DNA from: an uncultured bacterium
Lineage (GTDB): Bacteria; Fidelibacterota; Marinisomatia; Marinisomatales; UBA1611
NCBI GenBank assembly: GCA_964525185.1
Contig: CAZGFQ010000009.1
Span: 3,791-57,254, forward strand
Direction: 5' to 3'
DNA: 53,464 nucleotides
Part shown: piece after piece, positions 10,463-19,812 of the stretch
How positions within the stretch are numbered: the first letter of the stretch is position 1
Layout of the letters: every line of letters starts with the position of its first letter
Translations under genes and position numbers: made by a program
Notes under the pieces: model-generated
Databases searched by the model: none
Seen by the model: the letters and a program-made list of their open reading frames with translations, nothing else
Told to the model about the DNA's origin: nothing

Positions 10463-11505
10463 AGTTTATGTTGACGCTTATGATATTTTTCAGAATTAAA
10501 CTTAGCGTCATTTGGGTCATCTAATTCTTCGGGTTTTTCTTTATTGAAGTTATCTTCTTCTTCAATTTCAAATTCTTCAGTTAGAACTTTTTTACTTGAA
10601 GTTTTTCTTGGTTTTTTAGCTTTCCTATTTGGCTTTTCTTCTGGTTTTGGCTTTTCCTTCTTGTTTGCCTTTCGGGAGCGACGAGGCTTTGGAACGTCTT
10701 CAAGACTAATGGATTCCATGTCCTCAGTTACGTCCTCACCAACGTCAGATGAAGGGTCAGGTACATCTTGTTGTTTTGCTTCAGATTTAAGTTCATCTTC
10801 ATCAAACTGAAATGTTTCAGGATTAAACATTCCGTAAATAGAACCATACCCTCTAGTAATTCCATTCCCAATACCAATATAGTTTGGAAGAATAAAGTTT
10901 GCCTTAAACTCTCCCATAAATGCACCCCAATTATTTTCATCAACAGGGCGTGGAAAAAGAGATGTTACTTTAACTTTCGTAAATATTTTTTCTTCAGTTT
11001 TAACGCCCATTTCACTCGCTATAAATAAAATGTTTTGACCAAGCAACCTATGAAGGAATGTTGGTTTTTCTTGGTTTGTTAAAAATCGATATCTCCCGCC
11101 AGTCATTTGGTTTAGGGCAACCCAGGGAGTAATAAATCGATATCGAATAAGGCGTTCAGAAGGAATAAATTGGTTATCGCTATTTTCAACATCTGCACCA
11201 GCAACATCAAATGTAATATTTCCAAAATCTAAATGGTCTAATTTCTCAGCAAGTGATCGTACAGGATCTGCGCCCTCGTTGATACCAATTATAAAGATTT
11301 GCTCATTCAAGATTTTAACTTGAACGCGGGGGTATAAAAACTGTTCACGATACGTTCCGTCCATGTACGGAATGACAGGTTCTTTCTCAAACTGTCGCAT
11401 AAAAACGCCTTTTACTTGATAAGGAGTTTTTCGAACCGGTTTATCGGTTACAACTCTAACAGTTACAGTTTCTACATTTGGATAATTAACGTCAGTCATA
11501 TTCAT
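10459..11505 (-). CDS. Orphan Cas6b-like RAMP-fold protein with acidic/basic low-complexity C-terminal tail
   Basis: YPRVQVK...IIGINEGA, YRFITPWVALNQ, LLGQNIL, FMGEFKANFILPNYIGIGNGITRGYG (GhGxxxxxGhG loop, 10843-10875) match blocks I recognise from type I-B Cas6b. Confidence 0.8.
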   Translation of the reverse strand: MNMTDVNYPNVETVTVRVVTDKPVRKTPYQVKGVFMRQFEKEPVIPYMDGTYREQFLYPRVQVKILNEQIFIIGINEGADPVRSLAEKLDHLDFGNITFDVAGADVENSDNQFIPSERLIRYRFITPWVALNQMTGGRYRFLTNQEKPTFLHRLLGQNILFIASEMGVKTEEKIFTKVKVTSLFPRPVDENNWGAFMGEFKANFILPNYIGIGNGITRGYGSIYGMFNPETFQFDEDELKSEAKQQDVPDPSSDVGEDVTEDMESISLEDVPKPRRSRKANKKEKPKPEEKPNRKAKKPRKTSSKKVLTEEFEIEEEDNFNKEKPEELDDPNDAKFNSEKYHKRQHKL

Positions 11506-11537
11506 ATAGAAAAATTATATACGTAGAAGTTAAGGCG

Positions 11538-12788
11538 TTACATACTCATTGTGTCAAGAAAATCTATATTACTTTTAGATCTTTTCATTCTCTCTAACAT
11601 GAATTCCATCGCTTCTTCTACGTTCATTTCATTTAGTAATTTTCTTAGAATCCACATTCTACCTAACTCTTTCCTTGATAGAAGTAATTCTTCTTTGCGG
11701 GTGCCTGATTTAATAATATTAAAAGATGGATAAATCCTGCGGTCACTTAATCTTCTTTCCAAAACAAGTTCCATATTCCCTGTTCCTTTAAATTCCTCAA
11801 AAATGACTTCATCAGCACGGCTACCAGTATCAATCAAAGCAGTTGCAATAATAGTTAAACTTCCACCCTCTTCTGTATTTCTTGCGGCCCCAAAAAATTG
11901 CTTAGGTTTTTTCATCGCATTAAAGTCCACACCACCTGATAATATTTTACCACTATGAGGCGTCACGGCATTATGAGCGCGAGCAAGTCTTGTTATGCTG
12001 TCTAACAAAATAACAACATCTTCGCCAAATTCAACCATGCGTTTTGCTTTCTGAATAACCATATCAGCAACGGATACATGCCGTTCTGGTGGTTCATCAA
12101 ATGTAGAGCTCACAACTTCAGCATCTACATTACGCTTCATATCTGTTACTTCTTCGGGACGTTCATCAATTAATAAAACAATTCGTTTTGTTTCTGGATG
12201 ATTTTTACTAATTGCGTTAGCAATTTTTTGAAGTAAAACAGTTTTACCTGTTTTAGGTTGAGCAACAATTAAGCCTCTTTGCCCTTTTCCAACGGGAGAC
12301 ATTAAATCCATGACTCGCATTGAATAATCTTTTTCTTCAACCTCAAGGCTAAATTTTTCTTCTGGGTATAGTGGTGTAAAATTGTCAAACAGAATTGCTT
12401 TTCGAATATCTTCTGGCGGCCTATCATTAATCATTTCAACTTTTAACAATGCATAAAAGCGTTCTTTCTTTTTTGGAGGCCTAATTTGTCCTGAAATAAG
12501 ATGACCTGTTTTTAATCGAAATCTTTTTATTTGAGATGGGCTCACATAGATATCATCAGGCCCTGGCATATAATTAAAATTTGGGCTACGTAAAAAACCG
12601 TAACCATCATTCATAACTTCTAAAACGCCACGAGCGAATAATGCTCCATCTTTTTTAGCTTGAGCTTCCAGGATTTTTACAATTAATTCCTGTTTATTTA
12701 GACTTGAGATTCCGCCGTTTATTCCTAATTCCTGAGCAAGTTTGGTCAGGTCTTTGATACGGAGAACCTGCAGTTCATTTAGATCCAT
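11538..12788 (-). CDS. rho: Transcription termination factor Rho
   Basis: [57 protein letters not shown]; 416 aa with no large N-terminal insertion. Confidence 0.99.
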   Translation of the reverse strand: MDLNELQVLRIKDLTKLAQELGINGGISSLNKQELIVKILEAQAKKDGALFARGVLEVMNDGYGFLRSPNFNYMPGPDDIYVSPSQIKRFRLKTGHLISGQIRPPKKKERFYALLKVEMINDRPPEDIRKAILFDNFTPLYPEEKFSLEVEEKDYSMRVMDLMSPVGKGQRGLIVAQPKTGKTVLLQKIANAISKNHPETKRIVLLIDERPEEVTDMKRNVDAEVVSSTFDEPPERHVSVADMVIQKAKRMVEFGEDVVILLDSITRLARAHNAVTPHSGKILSGGVDFNAMKKPKQFFGAARNTEEGGSLTIIATALIDTGSRADEVIFEEFKGTGNMELVLERRLSDRRIYPSFNIIKSGTRKEELLLSRKELGRMWILRKLLNEMNVEEAMEFMLERMKRSKSNIDFLDTMSM

Positions 12789-12864
12789 AAAATGGCACCT
12801 CTGCCGGTTTGTGATTAGTTAAATTTTGAAAGTAGAACTGTGTTCTGGGGAAAACGTGAAACTT

Positions 12865-12892
12865 AAATTACATATAATCTAAACTTAGTCAA
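12865..12892 (-). promoter_or_regulatory. Putative sigma70-type promoter for rho
   Basis: TTGACT-about 16 nt-TAAATT overlapping the folC stop, followed by a pyrimidine-rich leader. Confidence 0.4.
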
Positions 12893-14144
12893 AGGGAAAA
12901 TGAAAATAATCAAAAACTTCAGATGCCAGGTAGTGACTCCCAAAAACAAGGCCAATTTCATTATACTCTACTTCTCCCATCCATTTTTTTATTGCAATTT
13001 CAAATGATGGAAATGCGATCCCTTGAATACCAAATGATTTCATTTTATTGCACAAATCTCTCTCATTCATTAAGAGTCCATTTTTATCCGATACAAATGA
13101 TAATGACTTAAATTGATTTTTCAGTGTTTTGCAAATTAAGTCCAATTCTTTATCCCCTTTTAATGCCATAATCCCATTGATTTTTCCAGGATGAATATTT
13201 TTTAAATTAGATAATGTTTTTTTAATCCCTTGTTCGTTATGAGATACATCATAATATATGGTTGGTTTTGAAGACATTTTTTGCAATCGCCCCGGCCAAT
13301 AACTTTTTGCTAAACCACTCTTTATTTTTAACGTATCCATGTTTGGGTTATACATAAAAGAAGACTCTATGGCTAACGATGCATTTTCAGCCTGAAAATC
13401 GCCAACAATTGGAATAAAATATTTTTCTCCATTATAGTAAAAATGAGTCCCTGTCTCTGAAAGTTTTATATGAGTAACCAACTCTGGATTTATAAATGCT
13501 ATGTCTACATTTTTGTTTATGCATGTTTTCTCCAAAACATTTATGACTTCATTTGCCTGTTTGGACGATATAACAGGTATATCTTTTTTTATAATACCAG
13601 CTTTTTCCATTGAAATTTTTGCCAAAGAATCCCCCAGTATTTCTCTATGGTCTAATGAAATGGGTGTAAAAACAACTAACTGTGGTTTTAGAACATTTGT
13701 AGAATCTAGCCGCCCTCCTAAGCCGGTTTCTATAATACCAAGATCTACACCATTATCTTTAAAATAGGAGAAAGCCATTGCAGTAATAACCTCAAAATAT
13801 GTCGCATCTATTTCTGTTATTTTTGTTTGATACTTAGCCATAAAATCAAAAATATATGAATCGGGAATATTTCTATTATTTACATTTATCCTTTCATTAA
13901 ACTTTACAAGATGTGGGGATGTATAATGACCTACCACACAATCACCTTGATGGAAAATAGATGCAATCATTTTTCCTGTCGACCCCTTCCCATTTGTTCC
14001 CGCAATATGAATTGTATCAAAATGGTTCTGAGGGTTGCCGCATGCATCCAACAATTTTATGGTGTGCTCTATTCCAAGTTTGATCTCATCTCTTCTAAGC
14101 GCATAAAGATCTGAGAGCAAATCTTCAAGATGAGTGTAATTCAA
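12885..14144 (-). CDS. folC: Folylpolyglutamate synthase/dihydrofolate synthase
   Basis: IHIAGTNGKGS, YTSPHL, ETGLGGRLDSTN, EKAGIIK, WPGRLQ. Confidence 0.96.
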   Translation of the reverse strand: MNYTHLEDLLSDLYALRRDEIKLGIEHTIKLLDACGNPQNHFDTIHIAGTNGKGSTGKMIASIFHQGDCVVGHYTSPHLVKFNERINVNNRNIPDSYIFDFMAKYQTKITEIDATYFEVITAMAFSYFKDNGVDLGIIETGLGGRLDSTNVLKPQLVVFTPISLDHREILGDSLAKISMEKAGIIKKDIPVISSKQANEVINVLEKTCINKNVDIAFINPELVTHIKLSETGTHFYYNGEKYFIPIVGDFQAENASLAIESSFMYNPNMDTLKIKSGLAKSYWPGRLQKMSSKPTIYYDVSHNEQGIKKTLSNLKNIHPGKINGIMALKGDKELDLICKTLKNQFKSLSFVSDKNGLLMNERDLCNKMKSFGIQGIAFPSFEIAIKKWMGEVEYNEIGLVFGSHYLASEVFDYFHFPFD

Positions 14145-14934
14145 TGGTTTTAACTTCGCCTATAGAGAAATCTACAAATCGCTTGGCAACCTCTGAGAAT
14201 TGACTAGGTAAATCTGTAACAAAACACTCGAGGTGGCCATACACATTTGAAGGTGCCATTAATTCTTGTTCACTCAAAATTTGAATAACTTTTTGTGATA
14301 CTGCTTTTCCGGAATCAATGAGCTTAACATTATTTGGTAATACATTATAAATGGTACTCTTTAAAATTGGGTAATGCGTACATCCTAAAATTACTGAATC
14401 AACTTTAGAGTCTATCAATGGTTTTAAATAGACATGTGCTATATTTTCTGGTATTTCACCCTCAACCCATCCTTCTTCAGCTAAAGGGACAAATAATGGG
14501 CATGCTTGATTTGTCACCATAATATTTGACCGGTGTTCTTTCAATTTTAATTCATATGCACCAGATTGGATTGTTGAATGAGTGCCTAGAACGCCAATTT
14601 GATAATTGGCAGATTCTTTAATGGCTTCTTCAACACCGGCTTCAATAACACCTTCAATTGGGAGCGAATAATTAGAACGTAAATACTCTAACGCTAACGA
14701 TGAAGCTGTATTGCACGCAACAATAATCATTTTACAATTTTTAGAAATTAGAAATTCTGATATTTCTTGAGAATATTGTTGTATTAATTGTTGACTCTTG
14801 TTCCCGTACGGAACTCTGGCTGTATCGCCCACATAAATCATTTGTTCGTGCGGAAGTTGTTTTTTTAATTCATTTAGGACTGTTAATCCGCCAACACCTG
14901 AATCAAATATTCCTATGGGCCTAGAATCTTGCAT
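14125..14934 (-). CDS. murI: Glutamate racemase
   Basis: PIGIFDSGVGGLTV, PYG, VACNTAS, LGCTHYP; start moved to ATG 14934. Confidence 0.97.
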   Translation of the reverse strand: MQDSRPIGIFDSGVGGLTVLNELKKQLPHEQMIYVGDTARVPYGNKSQQLIQQYSQEISEFLISKNCKMIIVACNTASSLALEYLRSNYSLPIEGVIEAGVEEAIKESANYQIGVLGTHSTIQSGAYELKLKEHRSNIMVTNQACPLFVPLAEEGWVEGEIPENIAHVYLKPLIDSKVDSVILGCTHYPILKSTIYNVLPNNVKLIDSGKAVSQKVIQILSEQELMAPSNVYGHLECFVTDLPSQFSEVAKRFVDFSIGEVKTIELHSS

Positions 14935-14935
14935 A

Positions 14936-16423
14936 TTATTCTTCAGCCAATAACTTTTCTTTAGATTCTTTAAAATGCCTAATACCCCTGTAAATTGATT
15001 CAGCAATTTCTTGTCTATAGGATGGTTTTTTTAAATTTGCTTCCTCTTTAGCATTCGAAACAAATCCAACCTCAACTAATACATTTGGCATACTTGCACC
15101 AATTAAAACATAAAACCCAGCTTGCTTTACACCTCTATTAGGTGTTGAAAGTTTTTTATCTAATTCCATTTGTATAACTGCTGCTAAATCTTCACTCTCT
15201 TTGGAAAATGTACTTTGAGCCATAGTGGCCATGATTAATGCTTCACCCGTGAGCTCTTCATATTTTCCATTAATATCTTCTAATTTTATTGCCGAATTTT
15301 CTCTAGACGCCACTTCAATTGCATCTTTATTTTTACCCGGTCTTAATAAATATGTTTCAAAACCTTGAACTTTTCTGTTTGGGTTTGCATTCGCATGAAT
15401 ACTCACAAATAATTTACCATTTGCTTCATTGGCAATTTGTGTTCTTTTCCTAAGAGGAATAAAAACATCTTCTTCCCGGGTGTAAACAACTCTGGCTCTA
15501 AGGTTTTTTTCAATTTGTCGACCAAGTCTCTTTACAATATCTAATGTAATATCTTTCTCTTTGGTCCCCTTCCTTCCTGTTGTGCCTCCATCTTTACCGC
15601 CATGACCGGCATCCAAAACGATTGTGTCTAAACGCCATCTCTCCTTGACAGACTCAACCCTTGCAGAACTTTTTCCAAGCGGTGTCCGTAATGTAACTAC
15701 AATTTCATCCGGATCTCTGCTTTGGTAAAAATCATGACTTACTATTTTTGAACCCAATTTAAATGCAACCTGAGCTGATTGTCCTAATTGATCTGCTTCA
15801 ATTTGGCGAACAACTCCACGTGTAGGTGTTGTATTCATATTTAAAGTGTCTATAAATCCACCAGAAATGGTTAAATAATACCATCCATTTTTATTCTCAA
15901 ATGAACTAATACTTCTTTCATCAAAAGTTTTTCGCGTTTTTATTCGTAATATAGTTCCATTAGATTTTTCTTCAATCAACATTCCAGTTATATTATATCC
16001 AACAACATCTACATCTAAAATGCCTCTTCGAGCGTCATATGAAATCCCAGGCAATGCTGTTGCTCGCATAATATTAATAAAAGGTTCAATTGGTATAAAT
16101 AAATCACCTTCTCCATATTGGGCATAACTTGGCATTTGAAATATTTGTTCATCAACCAAGATAAAACTGGAGCTCCTAGAGAGCTTCACTCTTCTACCAG
16201 CAATATAAATTACAATTTTCCCTCTATCTGAATTTTCATAAACCTTTAGAGATAAGGCGTGTGCCAATTCTTTCGCTGACACCATTACATCTTTAGACTT
16301 CGAATAAGTTTTTATTTCGGCTTCTGTTCCTGTGCTCCTATTAAAAACACGTATTGAAGAATCTCCGAGCACTAATGATGAAAATAATATTATTCCCAAA
16401 ATGGTTTTATTTCTAAAAAACAT
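14936..16423 (-). CDS. N-acetylmuramoyl-L-alanine amidase (Amidase_3, AmiA/AmiC-like) with AMIN-like domain
   Basis: Signal peptide from ATG 16423; LDAGHGGKDGG, EKD, FVSIHAN, VLVEVGF. Confidence 0.93.
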   Translation of the reverse strand: MFFRNKTILGIILFSSLVLGDSSIRVFNRSTGTEAEIKTYSKSKDVMVSAKELAHALSLKVYENSDRGKIVIYIAGRRVKLSRSSSFILVDEQIFQMPSYAQYGEGDLFIPIEPFINIMRATALPGISYDARRGILDVDVVGYNITGMLIEEKSNGTILRIKTRKTFDERSISSFENKNGWYYLTISGGFIDTLNMNTTPTRGVVRQIEADQLGQSAQVAFKLGSKIVSHDFYQSRDPDEIVVTLRTPLGKSSARVESVKERWRLDTIVLDAGHGGKDGGTTGRKGTKEKDITLDIVKRLGRQIEKNLRARVVYTREEDVFIPLRKRTQIANEANGKLFVSIHANANPNRKVQGFETYLLRPGKNKDAIEVASRENSAIKLEDINGKYEELTGEALIMATMAQSTFSKESEDLAAVIQMELDKKLSTPNRGVKQAGFYVLIGASMPNVLVEVGFVSNAKEEANLKKPSYRQEIAESIYRGIRHFKESKEKLLAEE

Positions 16424-16470
16424 AGCTTTGAATTTATCGGTGCATTTTACTGAGAAACAATAATGGACCA

Positions 16471-18282
16471 TTAAAAATATGATTCTAATAATAATCCAGA
16501 ATTGACTTCAGGATGAATATTTAAGTAACTGTTTTTCCAAGTGGATGATAGACGAAAACTTAATCTATATTGTTCCGATTTAAATACTACCCTAATTCCC
16601 AGATTATGTCCAATATATGATACCATTTTTGATCGCATTTCACCGGGAAGATTAATATCCCAAAAATAAATTCTTGCGTCAAATGATTTTACGTCTGAAG
16701 ATGTCCAATCAAAAATATAATTCACATGAGATATTTGCTTATCCATTCGATAGTTAATTCCATACCCCATTGATTCATTTGCTGCTGTAACATTCAATTG
16801 TAATTTTGATTTTAATTGATTTGAATGTGTGTAGTACCCTGTAGCTTGATATCGAGTTGTGATAATCTTTTTAATTAGCTCATCAGCAATAAATCCAGTA
16901 TTTGTGGGGGTTTTATTTTCATTTTTTACCCTTAACCTAAGAGTAAATTTCTTTCCCCGCTTTTCATATTGAGCTCCAGATTCAAACCCAGATTCCGGGT
17001 AAAGGCCTGGATCCGAATTTACTCTTTTTTTAAATATGTCATTAAATAGTGAAAAGCGGTGATTGTTTATTTTAAATAGTATACTTTGATATATCCCATT
17101 TTCACCATCAAGTGTAGATGACCATTCGGTGGAAGGATTTGATCTTAATGAAGAATATTTAGGATCAATACTTCTTATTATACCTATATATTTAAATAAT
17201 TTAAAACCTGACTTAATACCCAAAACAGAAGCATGTGTCCTATTATTTCCAATAGCCATTTCGCCAAATAATTCTATTACATCTATTGTTGTTTTGAAAT
17301 ATAAAGATTGCCCAATTGTATTTAGTTGCCTTTTGTTTTCTACCCATTGCGCACTTAATACCGTCGATCCAAATATAGTTTTTTGGACTTCTTTTTCCCA
17401 ATTTAATATACTTGATTTTTCATTTAATGACTCTTTTCTGGATATTTCTGATTCTGATACATGAATTCCTGTATTAAATATTTTCAATTGACCTGTACTG
17501 TCAATTACGCCATCTCTTTTAGTCTCCCCAATCGAAATCGTTATTCTTCCAAATCTAGTATATATTTTAGATCCAACTCCTCGAAAATTCCAATTTTCAT
17601 GACTTGATTTATAAACCTTTAAACCTTTACCAATCCTAGATAATTGGCTAAAACTACCAATCCCCTTTTTCACTGGAACTGATCTCCATAATAACAAACC
17701 AAAACCATTATTTATTTGAAAATCTCCAAAAATAATATTTCCAAATCGTGTTTTAATATTTAAGTACATAGAAGTTTGATCTAGCGCTTTGACTTCAAAT
17801 GGATCTCTTTCAACTAGAAACCCAAATTCATTATCCCTTCTGTTTATTCTTCCTGTCAGTCGAACTTGTAAATCATTTTTTGCGGTGAAATATTGTTTAA
17901 AATAAATATCCGTTGGTAGCTTTATTTGGTTTAAAGTATTTAAAAATTCAACAAAAAGTTCGCCATTTTCCGACAATTTATTAAGGGGAATAGACTGCGA
18001 TTCATTGCTAGACTTTATTAAAGCAATATCACCTTCATCTAAGAATGAAAGCCCTTCAATATGATAAATAATTGTTGAATTCAGTCCTGAATAGCTATAC
18101 TCAATATATTCCAATGATAAAATGTCATCGTCTGGTAACGGATTTTCTTCTTCGCGGTTAATCTGGGATAATAATTGATTCAACCCCTGAGAATGACATA
18201 ATTCACCTAGTAAAAGGAATAGTATAGTAAAAACTAATTTTATGGGAATACCTTCCAATGTTTTCATATGAAATAATTCCAT
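16471..18282 (-). CDS. Putative outer-membrane beta-barrel protein resembling the FCB 'ComEA/helix-hairpin-helix' barrel family
   Basis: Signal-like hydrophobic N-terminus, ERDPFE, FGDFQINNGFGLLLW, FRGVG, ENGIY, amphipathic strands, C-terminal YF; start uncertain (18282 or 18267). Confidence 0.55.
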   Translation of the reverse strand: MELFHMKTLEGIPIKLVFTILFLLLGELCHSQGLNQLLSQINREEENPLPDDDILSLEYIEYSYSGLNSTIIYHIEGLSFLDEGDIALIKSSNESQSIPLNKLSENGELFVEFLNTLNQIKLPTDIYFKQYFTAKNDLQVRLTGRINRRDNEFGFLVERDPFEVKALDQTSMYLNIKTRFGNIIFGDFQINNGFGLLLWRSVPVKKGIGSFSQLSRIGKGLKVYKSSHENWNFRGVGSKIYTRFGRITISIGETKRDGVIDSTGQLKIFNTGIHVSESEISRKESLNEKSSILNWEKEVQKTIFGSTVLSAQWVENKRQLNTIGQSLYFKTTIDVIELFGEMAIGNNRTHASVLGIKSGFKLFKYIGIIRSIDPKYSSLRSNPSTEWSSTLDGENGIYQSILFKINNHRFSLFNDIFKKRVNSDPGLYPESGFESGAQYEKRGKKFTLRLRVKNENKTPTNTGFIADELIKKIITTRYQATGYYTHSNQLKSKLQLNVTAANESMGYGINYRMDKQISHVNYIFDWTSSDVKSFDARIYFWDINLPGEMRSKMVSYIGHNLGIRVVFKSEQYRLSFRLSSTWKNSYLNIHPEVNSGLLLESYF

Positions 18283-19030
18283 ATTCTATTTTGTATTTTG
18301 ACTTCGCCAGAAAAAAACCACCCGATATTATACCTGGATTTGACCCCGACCCTAGTGCAACCCCGAAAAAATGTGCTGGTGTATATGAAAAACCAAATTT
18401 TACACCACCTTTATAAATCAAATCTTGTTCCCAAGAAAGATAGGCTTTTATTTTTTCTTCATACTGATAAATAAATCCTGCTGATATAATTTGAGGTAAT
18501 GCTTCTTCGCTTAAACCAATTATAGGTTTATTAATATTTGTAATTAAACCGATAAAAGAAAAATAATCTGATAGTGATGAGCCCCACGATAATGTCAGCC
18601 CAGCTGTTGAAGCATTACCATAGTTTTTAATAAAAATATTATAGTAATTCGCTGATATACCCCAAGTTAATTTTTCTCTAAATCTTCCTGCGGCTATAAA
18701 AGAAACTGTTGATTCTTGATATAATTTATTCCCAAAAGAATTTACCCCAAAACCCACATGATATTCCCGTAATGGTAAACCAACTAACCATGATGATTCT
18801 CTTAAACTTGAAATATTAAACTTATTACTCATTGTGCCCGAAAAATGAATATTATGATTTGAAACTATGCTTCTAGGGTCATTTTGAGCACCAAAACCAT
18901 CCCCATAGATGTTAATCACCGGGTTCCCGAGCGCTAAGTTAAAAGCAGAGTTAGAAAGCGATTCAAATGCACAAAAAATGCGTGAAACGCTTATAACACA
19001 TATATAAAATGTGATTTTAGTTAATTTCAA
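18203..19030 (-). CDS. Putative outer-membrane beta-barrel (PorV/PorQ-like)
   Basis: Signal peptide, SAFNLALGN...NDP, FGNKLYQES, alternating aromatic strands; TTG start. Confidence 0.5.
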   Translation of the reverse strand: MKLTKITFYICVISVSRIFCAFESLSNSAFNLALGNPVINIYGDGFGAQNDPRSIVSNHNIHFSGTMSNKFNISSLRESSWLVGLPLREYHVGFGVNSFGNKLYQESTVSFIAAGRFREKLTWGISANYYNIFIKNYGNASTAGLTLSWGSSLSDYFSFIGLITNINKPIIGLSEEALPQIISAGFIYQYEEKIKAYLSWEQDLIYKGGVKFGFSYTPAHFFGVALGSGSNPGIISGGFFLAKSKYKIEYGIISYENIGRYSHKISFYYTIPFTR

Positions 19031-19056
19031 TTTATTTATTACATAATAATTCGTTT

Positions 19057-19100
19057 AAAAAATACAAACGCCCCATCTCGAATAATCAAGTGGGGCGTTT
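19057..19100 (-). terminator. Intrinsic terminator after the small membrane protein pair
   Basis: Minus strand AAACGCCCCA-CTTGATTATTCGAGA-TGGGGCGTTT followed by GTATTTTTT. Confidence 0.85.
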
Positions 19101-19125
19101 ATTTATGTACTTGTGGGGTACCGTT

Positions 19126-19341
19126 TTATTTTTTCTGGTACCACATTACCATGACCGCTAATGCAAGCAGCCCGGCAAATCCCGCATCACCAAATTGGGA
19201 CATTACGCGGCCAATGCCGGCAATAACACCAAAATAGTCGTCAAACAGAATGCCAACGACGATCCCAACTACTATCAAACTTTTAGAAAGTTCGGTTAAT
19301 AGTCCTAACCATTCGTTAACAACGTCTAAAGCTTTGCGCAT
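19126..19341 (-). CDS. Small (71 aa) hydrophobic membrane protein, GFAGLLAL family
   Basis: AGGAGG SD, two hydrophobic segments, paralogous to the upstream gene. Confidence 0.85.
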   Translation of the reverse strand: MRKALDVVNEWLGLLTELSKSLIVVGIVVGILFDDYFGVIAGIGRVMSQFGDAGFAGLLALAVMVMWYQKK

Positions 19342-19401
19342 GTTTTTCCTCCTATTTTAACATAGTGGTCAACCCAAATGGGTCTAACAATATGTCTATG
19401 A

Positions 19402-19611
19402 TTATCCTAGGAATGAGAGAAAAACTAACAGAGCTAACAGCCCGGCGAAACCGCCATCAAGGAACATGTTAACTAAGTCAACAATACCATCAATTGGAGA
19501 AAATCCAGTTGAGTACAGGATGTTTACGAATACAAAGAGAACAATAAGTGCTTTAACTACGCTTACAATTCCTGATGCCGCATTCTGTACGGTTGTGTTG
19601 ATATCTGCCAT
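19402..19611 (-). CDS. Small (69 aa) hydrophobic membrane protein, GFAGLLAL family
   Basis: AAGGAGG SD, two hydrophobic segments, many C-ending codons (ATC/AAC/TTC/TAC). Confidence 0.85.
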   Translation of the reverse strand: MADINTTVQNAASGIVSVVKALIVLFVFVNILYSTGFSPIDGIVDLVNMFLDGGFAGLLALLVFLSFLG

Positions 19612-19641
19612 TCTAATACCTCCTTGGTTTGTTCAGAAAAC

Positions 19642-19669
19642 AAAAAAAGGGGTGCCAAAGTGCCCCCCC
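19642..19669 (-). terminator. GC hairpin plus T7 upstream of the small-protein pair (terminator of glycosylation operon or leader attenuator)
   Basis: Minus strand GGGGGGGC-ACTTTG-GC(A)CCCC-TTTTTTT. Confidence 0.45.
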
Positions 19670-19812
19670 AATGATAAAATGTTTTCTATGTATGTGTTTT
19701 TAATGTCAAGGGTTAATCCCTATCGATTGTTCAAATTTACGCATAAACACACTTTTGGCAACAATTTTTTCTTCAATGCGTTTTTTTAAGATTTTTAACT
19801 CTTTTTTATATT

